47,597 nt of DNA from Macrostomum lignano (Eukaryota). Where the stretch lies: the NCBI GenBank assembly GCA_002269645.1, contig NIVC01004389.1:1-47597 (forward strand). The letters are read 5' to 3'. A program made the translations under genes and the position numbers. Below are positions 12,249 to 24,296 of this stretch, in pieces (position 1 is the stretch's first letter; every line of letters begins with the position of its first letter). The notes beneath the pieces are model-generated. The model was not told the DNA's origin. It made no database searches and worked only from the letters and a program-made list of their open reading frames with translations.

Positions 12249-15200
12249 GCTCAGTGGGCACGGACTCATCGGATGCGGGCGATGAAGGCTTAGCAACAGC
12301 GGAGACTGCTGGAAAGCCGCCGAAAATGGATGAAGCTGACAGCGATGACGATTGGATGATGCAGACGCCAAGAAGCTGCGGCAAAAAATGTGAGTTGATT
12401 TTCATCGGTTCAAACCTCTTGCTTCTTGTAGAATCTACAGGTTCTACAGGTTAGAGTTACTGTCAGACTCTTTAAGATGCTGTCAGATTCTACAGGACAC
12501 TGTCAGACTCTTTAAGATGCTGTCAGATTCTACAGGACACTGTCAGACTCTTTAAGATGCTGTCAGATTCTACAAGACACTGTCAGACTATAATAATACG
12601 CTCGTATAGTCTGAATTCTGTGTCTATTCTAATAGATTAATAATATTCTATTATTATTATAGTCTACAATTAGGTGTCAATATAATTAATACTAATACTA
12701 TTATACTATTATACTATTATATTATTAATACTATTATACTATTATTATTATTATAATTATAACAATAATAACAATTGACTACACCTGCCCCAATTGGGCC
12801 AGATGTGCAACCGACAGCTCAGCCGCAGCCATTGCGCAGCGCATCTGAGGCTGAGTACGGCTGTTCAGTCCAAGGACTGCAGGGGGTCGCCACACACACC
12901 CTCAATTACCCCAGCTAATGCTGGCACCCATTTTACAGCTGGGTGAACTGAAGCAATGCAGAGTTAAGTGTCTTGCTCAAGGACACAAATTGTTCCAGTA
13001 GGATCGGGAATCGAACCCCCGACCTTCAAGTCGTGAGTCCGACGCTCTGACCACTAGGCTACATAGTCACTGTCAGATTCTACAAGACACTGTCAGACTC
13101 TACAGGACACTGTCAGATTCTACAAGTCACTGTCAGATTCTACAAGACACTGTCAGACTCTACAGGACACTGTCAGACTCTACAGGACACTGTCAGACTC
13201 TACAAGACACTGTCAGATTCTACAAGAAACTGTCAGATTCTACAGGACACTGTCAGATTCTACATGACACTGTCAGACTCTACAGGATACTGTCAGACTC
13301 TACAAGATACTGTCAGATTCTACAGGACACTGTCAGATTCTACAAGACACTGTCAGATTCTACAAGACACTGTCAGATTCTACAAGACACTGTCAGATTC
13401 TAAAAGACACTGTCAGATTCTACAGGATACTGTCAGATTCTACATGACACTGTCAGATTCTAAAAGACACTGTCAGATTCTACAGGACACTGTCAGATTC
13501 TACAAGACACTGTCAGATTCTACAAGACACTGTCAGATTCTAAAAGACACTGTCAGATTCTACAGGATACTGTCAGATTCTACATGACACTGTCAGATTC
13601 TAAAAGACACTGTCAGATTCTACAGGACACTGTCAGATTCTAAAAGACACTGTCAGATTCTACAAGACACTGTCAGATTCTACAGGACACTGTCAGATTC
13701 TACAGGATACTGTCAGATTCTACAGGATAGTGTCAGATTCTACAAGACACTGTCAGATTCTACAAGACACTGTCAGATTCTACAGGATACTGTCAGATTC
13801 TACAGGATACTGTCAGATTCTACAGGATACTGTCAGATTCTACAGGACACTGTCAGATTCTACAAGACACTGTCAGATTCTAAAAGACACTGTCAGATTC
13901 TAAAAGACACTGTCAGATTCTACAGGATACTGTCAGATTCTACATGACACTGTCAGATTCTAAAAGACACTGTCAGATTCTACAGGACACTGTCAGATTC
14001 TACAAGACACTGTCAGATTCTAAAAGACACTGTCAGATTCTACAGGATACTGTCAGATTCTACATGACACTGTCAGATTCTAAAAGACACTGTCAGATTC
14101 TACAGGACACTGTCAGATTCTAAAAGACACTGTCAGATTCTACAAGACACTGTCAGATTCTACAGGACACTGTCAGATTCTACAGGATACTGTCAGATTC
14201 TACAGGATAGTGTCAGATTCTACAAGACACTGTCAGATTCTACAAGACACTGTCAGATTCTACAGGATACTGTCAGATTCTACAGGATACTGTCAGATTC
14301 TACAGGATACTGTCAGATTCTACAGGACACTGTCAGATTCTACAAGACACTGTCAGACTGTCAGACTGTCAAACTGCAAGGCACTGGACAGAGCAGGACA
14401 AGTAAAAATATTTTACCTTTCCTTGAAAGCGAATGGAGATTTCCATTATTTTCCTAGCTGACAGCCAATTTCCAAGCAGCTTTAATAGCCGAAGAAATAA
14501 TTGGACCCGGACAGCAAAAGGCTCCCTCAACGGCCATTTCGCTCGTGCGCAGATGGCCGAGAAAGGACCAGATGCTGCGCGCAAGAAAGCCTCTTTTCCA
14601 ATGCTTTTCGTGTCTCTTCAATTTCTATCTTCTTCTCCTAGCCGTTACGCAGCAAATTCAAGGCTCTTCCGCATGTTTCCCTTGTTCAGACCACAGAATA
14701 TACGTTCAGATAGCTGTAGGCTGACTGCAGTTGAGAATAAACTTCATCTGTTACTATGAGGCTTTTGGTTGGCACACACACACTGGCAGTATGATTGGCA
14801 CACACACTGGCAGTTTGATTGGCACACACACACTGGCAGTTTGATTGGCACACACACTGGCAGTATGATTGGCACACACACTGGCAGTTTGATTGGCACA
14901 CACACTGGCAGTTTGATTGGCACACACACTGGCAGTTTGATTGGCACACACACTGGCAGTATGATTGGCACACACACTGGCAGTTTGATTGGCACACACA
15001 CTGGCAGTTTGATTGGCACACACACTGGCAGTTTGATTGGCACACACACTGGCAGTATGATTGGCACACACACTGGCAGTTTGATTGGCACACACACTGG
15101 CAGTTTGATTGGCACACACACTGGCAGTATGATTGGCACACACACTGGCAGTATGATTGGCACACACACTGGCAGTATGATTGGCACACACACTGGCAGT

Positions 15201-18200
15201 TTTATTGGCACACACACTGGCAGTTTTATTGGCACACACACTGGCAGTATGATTGGCACACACACTGGCAGTTTGATTGGCACACACACTGGCAGTTTGA
15301 TTGGCACACACACTGGCAGTATGATTGGCACACACACTGGCAGTTTGATTGGCACACACACTGGCAGTTTGATTAGCACACACACTGGCAGTTTGATTGG
15401 CACACACACTGGCAGTTTGATTGGCACACACACTGGCAGTTTGATTGGCACACACACACTGGCAGTTTGATTGGCACACACACTGGCAGTTTGATTGGCA
15501 CACACACTGGCAGTTTGATTGGCACACACACTGGCAGTATGATTGGCACACACACTGGCAGTATGATTGGCACACACACTGGCAGTATGATTGGCACACA
15601 CACTGGCAGTTTTATTGGCACACACACTGGCAGTTTTATTGGCACACACACTGGCAGTATGATTGGCACACACACTGGCAGTTTGATTGGCACACACACT
15701 GGCAGTTTGATTGGCACACACACTGGCAGTATGATTGGCACACACACTGGCAGTTTGATTGGCACACACACTGGCAGTTTGATTAGCACACACACTGGCA
15801 GTTTGATTTGCACACACACTGGCAGTTTGATTGGCACACACACTGGCAGTTTGATTGGCACACACACACTGGCAGTTTGATTGGCACACACACTGGCAGT
15901 TTGATTGGCACACACACTGGCAGTTTGATTGGCACACACACACACTGGCAGTTTGATTGGCACACACACTGGCAGTTTGATTGGCACACACACTGGCAGT
16001 TTGATTGGCACACACACTGGCAGTTTGATTGGCACACACACTGGCAGTTTGATTGGCACACACACTGGCAGTTTGATTAGCACACACACTGGCAGTTTGA
16101 TTGGCACACACACTGGCAGTTTGATTGGCACACACACTGGCAGTTTGATTGGCACACACACACTGGCAGTTTGATTGGCACACACACTGGCAGTTTGATT
16201 GGCACACACACTGGCAGTTTGATTGGCACACACACACTGGCAGTTTGATTGGCACACACACTGGCAGTTTGATTGGCACACACACTGGCAGTTTTATTGG
16301 CACACACACTGGCAGTTTGATTGGCACACACACTGGCAGTTTGATTGGCACACACACACTGGCAGTTTGATTGGCACACACACTGGCAGTTTGATTGGCA
16401 CACACACTGGCAGTTTGATTGGCACACACACTGGCAGTTTGATTGGCACACACACTGGCAGTTTGATTGGCACACACACTGGCAGTTTTATTGGCACACA
16501 CACTGGCAGTTTGATTGGCACACACACTGGCAGTTTGATTGGCACACACACTGGCAGTTTGATTGGCACACACACACTGGCAGTTTGATTGGCACACACA
16601 CTGGCAGTTTGATTGGCACACACACTGGCAGTTTGATTGGCACACACACACTGGCAGTTTGATTGGCACACACACTGGCAGTTTGATTGGCACACACACT
16701 GGCAGTTTGATTGGCACACACACTGGCAGTTTGATTGGCACACACACTGGCAGTTTGATTGGCACACACACACTGGCAGTTTGATTGGCACACACACTGG
16801 CAGTTTGATTGGCACACACACTGGCAGTTTGATTGCCACACACACTGGCAGTTTGATTGGCACACACACACTGGCAGTTTGATTGGCACACACACTGGCA
16901 GTTTGATTAGCACACACACTGGCAGTTTGATTGGCACACACACTGGCAGTTTGATTGGCACACACACTGGCAGTTTGATTGGCACACACACTGGCAGTTT
17001 GATTGGCACACACACTGGCAGTATGATTGGCACACACACTGGCAGTTTGATTGGCACACACACTGGCAGTTTGATTGGCACACACACTGGCAGTTTGATT
17101 GGCACACACACTGGCAGTTTGATTGGCACACACACACTGGCAGTTTGATTGGCACACACACACTGGCAGTTTGATTGGCACACACACTGGCAGTTTGATT
17201 AGCACACACACTGGCAGTTTGATTGGCACACACACTGGCAATTTGATTGGCACACACACTGGCAGTTTGATTGGCACACACACACTGGCAGTTTGATTGG
17301 CACACACACTGGCAGTTTGATTAGCACACACACTGGCAGTTTGATTGGCACACACACTGACAGTTTGATTGGCACACACACGCTGGCAGTTTAATTGGCA
17401 CACACACACTGGCAGTTTGATTGGCACACACACTGGCAGTTTGATTAGCACACACACTGGCAGTTTGATTGGCACACACACTGACAGTGCCAGAAGCAGT
17501 GTTGGTGTTCGAGGTGAAAAGTTGGGGAGGGTGCAAGCATGAGAAATGAAATTATGATGGTAAGTCTGACAATGGACTTAAAATTTATTGATAAGTACAA
17601 GAGCCCTTGACTTGACTTGCCACCCCACGCGGCAAAAGCTACTCTTACATGTACTCAGCTCGCCCATTTCATGCCTAGCTTTCGGGAACAACCCCAAAAG
17701 TCTCTGGTTCTTTGGGCGGGCAGAAAAATCCTATAAAGAAGGAAAAAAGACGCTAAGCTGCACGAGATGGAGGCTTAAGGGAGGCTTTTGCTGTCCCCAG
17801 GTGCAGCCATCCCAGGTTTTCAATTTTTATACTTGTGCGCCATTCGTTGCTTTAAAACACGCGAACCCCGGCCTCCGCATCCGGGAGAGAGCCGTATCCC
17901 TGTCTCTGTGTCGGCCCGAAATTTAAAATCCCCCTTGGAGAGATTCTGGAGAGAGGAGAGGAGAGAGAGAGAGGTTGCCGCCGCTGCATAATACGGAGCA
18001 GCTGAGCAGCTGGGAGCGGAGTCGGGGGAGGAGAAGGAGATGAGTAAAGAGGACTCAACACCCCGATCTCCCCCCCCCCCACAGTTGCGTGCGACAGTTC
18101 CCTTAATCTTCTAGTGGGATCTCGGCCCACGACTGGGATTATCTTGCCGGAGAAAAATGGGATATAAATGTTTTCGGGAAGTCTTAGCTTCGTCTATTGA

Positions 18201-21200
18201 TACATCTGGCTCTGTATAGACCTGGGAGCGCAGTATTGCTGATCATGCGCCACGTCTAATTTGCCAGCCTGCACTGGAAACTCGTGTGAATTTTCAGCTC
18301 TTTTCATTGCACCAATACAAGGTGACGTCAAAAATACAATCTGGTCAATTTTAACAAAAACAAATTCGATCACAAGCCCTTGTCGTTCGTTCGACAGTCT
18401 AGAATCAGGTCCACGATTCTCATGGGTCTCATCTGGCTCCTGCAAAGCCTCCATTAACTGCCGCCAACCTTGCCACCACAGACAAAAGCTCCAGTACTTC
18501 GGCAAACGTATCTTGGATTAAATTCAATGCGTGTAAACCCCAAATGAGCTGCAAAAGGCTATATACGAGGTTTATTCAAAAAGTTCTTTTCGGTCCTTTG
18601 GCATTTATTTTTAGAAAGCGTTGTAAGCAGAATTTTAGCGATTTTACCAAGTTATGTCTATGGCCTAAACGTTCCTAGGGTTTTAAGTCTCAGTTTGCAA
18701 CTATGTTAGAGCAGCGAACATTTCTATCAGCTGCCACTCAATTTCTTGGCCATGGCTGAATCATTTTCAAAGCAAACGTTCGAAGCTTGATGAAGTTTCA
18801 GTTTCTGCAAGGAAAAAAGCCACCGGAAATGTTTAGGGAGCCTCAGCAAGTGCTTGGCAACTGTGCACCAACTGAGCAGACAGTTCGAAAATGGTACCGG
18901 CTGTTCGCTGAGGGAAGAGAGAGCGTTGAGGACAATGGCCGCTCTGGAAGGCCGATGACTGCAACCAAAGAGACTGTTGTGAAGAAAGTGCAAGAGCTCT
19001 TGGATGATGATCGGCGACGGACTTGCGAAGAGTTGGCAGAAGACGTTGGTGTGTCAGTAGGAAGCGTCCACACTATTCTGACTGAGCGTCTTCTCCTACA
19101 GAAAAAGTTCTGCAAGTGGGTGCCACACCTGCTGACAGGTGAGCAAAAGATGCAGCGAACTGTGGCTTCAAGCAGCCACCTGCGTCGGTTCCATCGAGAA
19201 GGGGAGGATTTTCTATCAAGAATTGTAGCTGGAGACGAGACGTGGGTTTACAGCTGGGATCCTGAGACAAAGGCCCAGTCTGCCGAATGGCTTCCAGCAC
19301 ATTCTCCAAGACCTCAGAAGGCCATCAGGAAGCAGGGCGCGATAAAGATCATGCACGTCATGTTTTTTGATTCCCAAGGAATCCTGCTGAACTGGGCAGT
19401 CCCACAAGGAACCACCGTCAATGGGGACTACTACAAGTGGATTCTGCAGGAGAAGCTGCGCCCAGCAATACGAAAGAAGCGCCCTGGTCTGCTGGAATCT
19501 GGCGTGATCCTGCTGCACGACAATGCGCCAGCACATCGCAAGCACAACGTCGTGGAACTCCTGAGCAAATGGGGCTGGGAAGTGCTCCAACATCCACCCT
19601 ATTCGCCTGATTTGTCGCCGTGCGACTTCTTCTTATTTCCATCTGTGAAGAAGCACCTTCGGGGCATTCGATTTGACAGCGTCGAGCACATCGAAGCTGC
19701 ATGCAATCAAGCTGTTCGCCAAACGGACGCGAGTGGTGTGAGTTCCGGAATCAGAGGCCTGGTAAATCGCTGGCAGAAGTGCAAAGACATTGGCGGTGAA
19801 TATGTTGAGTGACAGAATCATGTTAAGCAATCTAACAGTGTTTTCATAGTTCCAGTTGTTTTGTGTTCAGTTTTGTAGGGCACCGAAAAGAACTTTTTGA
19901 ATACACCTCGTATTTCCAAACTTTTATGGTGCTATTCTACTTCTGAATCATCAACCTAGAAACTGAAAACTTGTCAGAAATATTTTCGTCTACTGTGAGT
20001 AGCAATAGATGCACAGTTTTGTAGTGTAATATCAGAAGTCAAAATGCAAAATTTTTAATTCTAAATTCATCAATAATACAATCATAATTCATAATTGGAA
20101 ATTAAATTTCCAAATTTCAAATTAGAAATTCGAAATTCATAATGGACAATACATGGATAAAGTTTCGAGCTTGTGAAGCGCCTTGTCATGGAAACGCATT
20201 CCAGTCTCGATGCGGCACCCGGAGAAGCCGCCGTCGGCCCGCCTGCGCGGCCTGCTGCACCGGGCGGCCTACCTGGGCTCCACGCAGCTGGCGCTGGAGG
20301 CGCGGCCGAGTCGGGCAACGCGAATGGCCCTGGCTCAGGAGGCGGTCGTGCGCATCAAGGTGAGCCGGGCAGCGAGGCACATAGCGAAGTCTATAGTTGT
20401 TTACTGCTGTTCGGATGCGTTCAGCATTGAAGATCAACCGCCGGTACCTTTGAGACTGTTTTAGCACCTTTGAGACTGTTTTAGCACCTTTGGGACTGTT
20501 TTAGCACCTTTGGGACTGTTTTAGCACCTTTGGGACTGTTTTAGCACCTTTGGGACTGTTTTAGCACCTTTGGGACTGTTTTAGCACCTTTGGGATTGTT
20601 TTAGCACCTTTGGGACTGTTTTAGCACCTTTGGGACTGTTTTAGCACCTTTGAGACTGTTTTAGCACCTTGCTGCTGTTGGTGATTCATTGGTTAGTTCA
20701 ACCATCAGCTACAGTCGATTAAAGATTTCAGTTTGCCTGAAGCGCTGCTGTTTCTAATCAGCATATTACTAGTACTTTTAGTCCTACAAAGGTCAACAAT
20801 ATTTTCACGCTAATTTCTCTGCCACCACAGGCACCAGACGGCGAGAAGCAGCCCAGTGTGCCTGTAGATCTATTCGTGTCCATCGAACGCCTGATGGTGC
20901 TGAACCCGACATCCAGGCTGGCCATGATGGACCACGCCCTGCGGACGGTGACTCACACGGCCGACATGGACAACCTGCTGGTGCTCATGGTCAGGCGAGC
21001 CGGCTGCCCCACAGGGACTGCCGGCCCGTGCAAAGTGGTTTGCCACCTGTTCCACACAGACCAAGTGAGCAATAAGGGGACAGGGCAGCACACTGGCGCT
21101 GCTTCCGATTCTAGTGCTAAAGTACATTGGGTTCACTTCCTGGGCACGTACGTACTTGTCCGCGTGCATGCGGTAAATTAATAATTTGAATTGGCGCCAA

Positions 21201-21978
21201 TTCCACGCACCACACCTGCCAGGCCTCGCAGGTGGCGCACACTATTGGCTGCGCGTTCAACGCCGCCTACGCGCAATTCGTGCACCGCGGCGGCGCCGTG
21301 CCGCCAAAGACGACGCCGGGCAACGATGGCGACAGCGTCAGCGGCACCTCCGCTGTCAGAGTCGACTTCGACAACGACAACGACCAGGTTGACGACAGCG
21401 ACAACGGCTTGGAGGACACCGCGCCGTTAGAGGTGACAATCTATAAGGAGCGCGGCGAAGCACTCGGCATCGCCCTTGTCGATAGCGGCTGGGGCGCCCT
21501 GCTGCCGTCCGTCCTACTGGCCAACCTCCGGCCAGGCGGCCCGGCTGTTCGCTCCGGACAGCTCAGCGTCGGCGACTTTTTGCTGGCGGTGGACGGCACC
21601 AGTCTGGTCGGCCTGCCGCTGGCCGCCTGCAGACGTCGGCTTCGGGCCTGCCGCTCGGCCGCTACTGTCCGACTACGCGTACTGCCCCGGCCGCCCGTGT
21701 CCGAGGCCGTCATCCAGCGTTTGGATCCTCGCCGGCCGCTCGGCTTCAGCGTCCGCGACGGCGTCGTCTGCGCCCTGCTCCGCGGCGGCGTGGCCGAGCG
21801 CGGCGGCGTCCGAATCGGCCACCGGATAGTGGAGATCGACGGCCGGTCGGTGGCGGCCGCCCCGCACGACCGGATCGTGGCCGCCCTGGCCTCGGCTGTG
21901 GGCGAAATCCGACTGAGAACCATGCCGGAGGCGGTGTACAGACTGCTGACCGGGCTGGATTCGCCGCGATATGTTTGA
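12249..21978 (+). CDS. APBA-like (X11/Mint/lin-10): X11/Mint/LIN-10 (APBA family) adaptor: acidic N-terminal region, PTB, two PDZ domains; 5' start unresolved
   Basis: Phase-compatible GT-AG exons at 12249-12389 (phase 1-1, GSVGTDSSDAGDEG...CGKK), 20205-20359 (..GLLHRAAYLGSTQLALEARPSRATRMALAQEAVVRIK), 20831-21064 (APDGEKQPSVPVDLFVSIERLMVL..MMDHALRTVTHTADMDNLLVLMVRR..KVVCHLFHTDQ) and 21223-21978 (ASQVAHTIGCAFNAAYAQF, PDZ1, PDZ2, YRLLTGLDSPRYV*). These match the X11 motifs YLGSTQL, AQEAVSRIK, MMDHPLRTISYIAD and C-terminal YRLLTxQEQPxYI from recall. The first exon is assigned by splice phase only. Confidence 0.9.
12459..12589. repeat. 20-bp minisatellite (CTGTCAGATTCTACAAGACA family), left segment
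   Basis: Alternating CTGTCAGACTCTTTAAGATG / CTGTCAGATTCTACAGGACA units. Confidence 0.85.
12690..13064 (-). mobile_element. tRNA-derived CORE-type SINE, copy 1, with (ATT)n-like tail
   Basis: Minus strand: A-box/B-box head GTAGCCTAGTGGTCAGAGCG...GGTTCGATTCCC, then GTGTCCTTGAGCAAGACACTTAAC...CAGCTGTAAAATGGG resembling the CORE domain, then an AT-rich tail. Homologous to 28579-28890. Confidence 0.85.
13068..14370. repeat. 20-bp minisatellite (CACTGTCAGATTCTACAAGA), right segment, about 65 units
   Basis: Exact 20-bp periodicity visible across consecutive lines. Confidence 0.97.
14769..17487. repeat. 24-bp minisatellite (TTGGCACACACACTGGCAGTTTGA) with occasional extra CA
   Basis: Direct reading; source of the HTHWQFDW / CQSNCQCV / VPIKLPVC ORFs. 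Confidence 0.98.
18566..19910 (+). mobile_element. Mariner (DD34D) DNA transposon, 1345 bp, full length, inside the X11 intron
   Basis: TIRs CGAGGTTTATTCAAAAAGTTCTTTTCGGT (from 18566) and ACCGAAAAGAACTTTTTGAATACACCTCG (to 19910), one mismatch; TA on both sides (18564-65, 19911-12). Confidence 0.96.
18752..19812 (+). CDS. Mariner transposase; likely ATG at 18752 is out of frame by one missing base near 18780; long frame 18787-19812
   Basis: WVPHLL, VAGDETWV, LHDNAPAH and HPPYSPDLSPCDFFLF are present, with 34 residues between the second and third Asp. MAESFSKQT- followed by -RSLMKFQFLQGK gives a typical mariner N-terminus if one nucleotide is added. Confidence 0.92.
20446..20670. repeat. 20-bp intronic minisatellite (GCACCTTTGGGACTGTTTTA), about 11 units
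   Basis: Direct reading; lies in X11 intron 20360-20830. Confidence 0.95.
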
Positions 21979-22106
21979 GCTCAGATAGAGCGCTGCTCAA
22001 ATGCATGGAAGACTGCGATGGCCACCAGTTATTGGGGTTGGGCTGTGGCACAGCGGTGTCACAAGAGGACCCCGTGAGAGGGACGGCTAAAAAAGGCGCG
22101 CACACG

Positions 22107-23532
22107 TCTCCTCTCCTCTCCCCTCTTCTTCTCTCCTCTCCTCTCCTCTCCCCTCTTCTTCTCTCCTCTCCTCTCCTCTCCCCTCTTCTTCTCTCCTCTC
22201 CTCTCCTCTCCCCTCTTCTTCTCTCCTCTCCTCTCCTCTCCCCTCTTCTTCTCTCCTCTCCTCTCCTCTCCTCTGCTCTGCTCTGCTCTGCTCTCCTCTC
22301 CCCTCTTCTTCTCTTCTCTCCTCTCCTCTCCTCTGCTCTGCTCTGCTCTGCTCTCCTCTCCTCTCCTCTCCTCTCGCCTCCTCTCCTCTCCTCTGCTCTG
22401 CTCTCCTCTACTCTCCCCCTCTGCTCTGCTCTCCTCTGCTCTGCTCTGCTCTCCTCTCCTCTCCTCTCCTCTCCTCTCCTCTCCTCTCCTCTCGCCTCCT
22501 CTCCTCTCCTCTCCTCTCCTCTCCTCTCGCCTGCTCTCCTCTCCTCTCCTCTCCTCTCCTCTCCTCTTGCCTCCTCTCCTCTCCTCTCCTCTCGCCTCCT
22601 TTCCTCTCCTCTCCTCTCCTCTCCTCTCCTCACCTCCCCTCTCCTCTCCTTTCCTCTCCTCTCCTCTGCTCTGCTCTCCTCTCCTCTCCTCTCCTCTTCT
22701 CTCCTCTCCTCTCCTCTCATCTTCTCCTCTCCTCTCCTCTCCTCTTCTCTCCTCTCCTCTCCTCTCGCCTCCTCTCCTCTCCTCTCCTCTCCTCTCCTCT
22801 CCTTTCCTCTCCTCTCCTCTCCTCTCGCCTCCTCTCCTCTCCTCTCCTCTCCTCTCGCCTCCTCTCCTCTCCTCTGCTCTGCTCTGCTCTCCTCTCCTCT
22901 CCTCTCCTCTCCTCTCCTCTCCTCTCCTCTCCTCTCCTCTCCTCTCCTCTCGCCTCCTCTCCTCTCCTCTCCTCTCCTCTCGCCTCCTCTCCTCTCCTCT
23001 GCTCTGCTCTCCTCTCCTCTCCTCTCCTCTCCTCTCCTCTCCTCTCATCTTCTCCTCTCCTCTCCTCTCCTCTCCTCTCCTCTCCTCTCCTCTCCTCTCC
23101 TCTCCTCTCCTCTCCTCTCCTCTCCTCTCCTCTCCTCTCCTCTCCTCTCCTCTCCTCTCCTCTCGCCTCCTCTCCTCTCCTCTGCTCTGCTCTCCTCTCC
23201 TCTCCTCTCCTCTCCTCTCCTCTCCTCTCCTCTCCTCTCCTCTCCTCTCCTCTCATCTTCTCCTCTCCTCTCCTCTCCTCTCCTCTCCTCTCCTCTCCTC
23301 TCCTCTCCTCTCCTCTCCTCTCCTCTCCTCTCCTCTCCTCTCGCCTCCTCTCCTCTCCTCTCCTCTGCTCTGCTCTCCTCTCCTCTCCTCTCCTCTCCTC
23401 TCCTCTCCTCTCCTCTCATCTTCTCCTCTCCTCTCCTCTCCTCTCCTCTCCTCTCCTCTCCTCTCATCTTCTCCTCTCCTCTCCTCTCCTCTTCTCTCCT
23501 CTCCTCTCCTCCTCTGCTCTCCTCTCCTCTCT
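22107..23532. repeat. (CTCCT)n pentanucleotide microsatellite with CTGCT/CGCCT variants
   Basis: Direct reading; starts about 130 bp after the X11 stop codon. Confidence 0.98.
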
Positions 23533-24296
23533 TCAAAACGGCACGCCACGGCAGCTGGATTTTGCGATCCCGTCGGTTTTCAAACTTCCTCCCCAAATTT
23601 GATCTGTCCGATCCAAATAATTGCTTTGCGATCCTGTAGATACCGTCTGGTTGGGCATTGTTCAATTATGAAGAAATATTCGCATCCTTCTACTGCTAAG
23701 GTCGTAACGCTGAGTAGTATGCTGCGAGCAACACCTCGTATTCATCTGAGTTATTTTTGCTCAGCCAAAGAAGTCAGAAGCAAAAAATGCTTTTTTGGAA
23801 TTTTATGCTTGTTGCAATCCGAAACTGGAGAAGAAAGGCGCAACAGGTTTTCTTATAAAGGCCGGTAAGGAACGTATATTTATCGTTTTGCTAGGACAAC
23901 AGTAAATAGCATAATCTTTAGCGTGAGGCTACTTCTCAACTCTCAGTTCAAATCAGGCAAGCACCCTATCGAGGGCATGAATTTCCCTCTCTTTCGAGCC
24001 GCAAAAGTCGCCCCTATCGCTAGGGGTGCTCACTTTGACTGTTGCCGAGTATAGTGGTGGTGTAAATAGGCTCTTCTGAACTTTTCTTTCATTAAAAACA
24101 ACAATTATTTTGATGCCATTGTACATGTCTGCCTTCGTTTGCCCACTTATATTATAAATAGAATCATAATGCTTAACAATCAGCTGATTTTTGTTATTCA
24201 AATATTCTTAATTTATTCGTGGACTACTAAACCAAAATTAGGTCATGAGTTGGGGGACATTTCATATGCTCGAAGTTTTACAAGGTTGAAGTCATG

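Noticed and set aside
13020-13064. tRNA genes at the SINE heads (also 28579-28640)
   Set aside because: A and B boxes are present but there is no complete cloverleaf; the sequence continues into a shared SINE body.
14686-17536. Cys-rich metallothionein-like or His/Trp-rich ORFs
   Set aside because: Translations of a 24-bp intronic minisatellite, open in many frames on both strands and shifting at CA expansions.
17588-18521. Short ORFs left of the mariner
   Set aside because: No recognisable motifs or consistent splice structure.
18843-19830. Minus-strand ORFs over the mariner, and plus-strand ORFs over Apaf-1 and RCC1L
   Set aside because: Antisense or alternate-frame shadows of real coding sequence.
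21746-23868. Long LLSSP / EERRG ORFs
   Set aside because: Products of the stop-free (CTCCT)n microsatellite.
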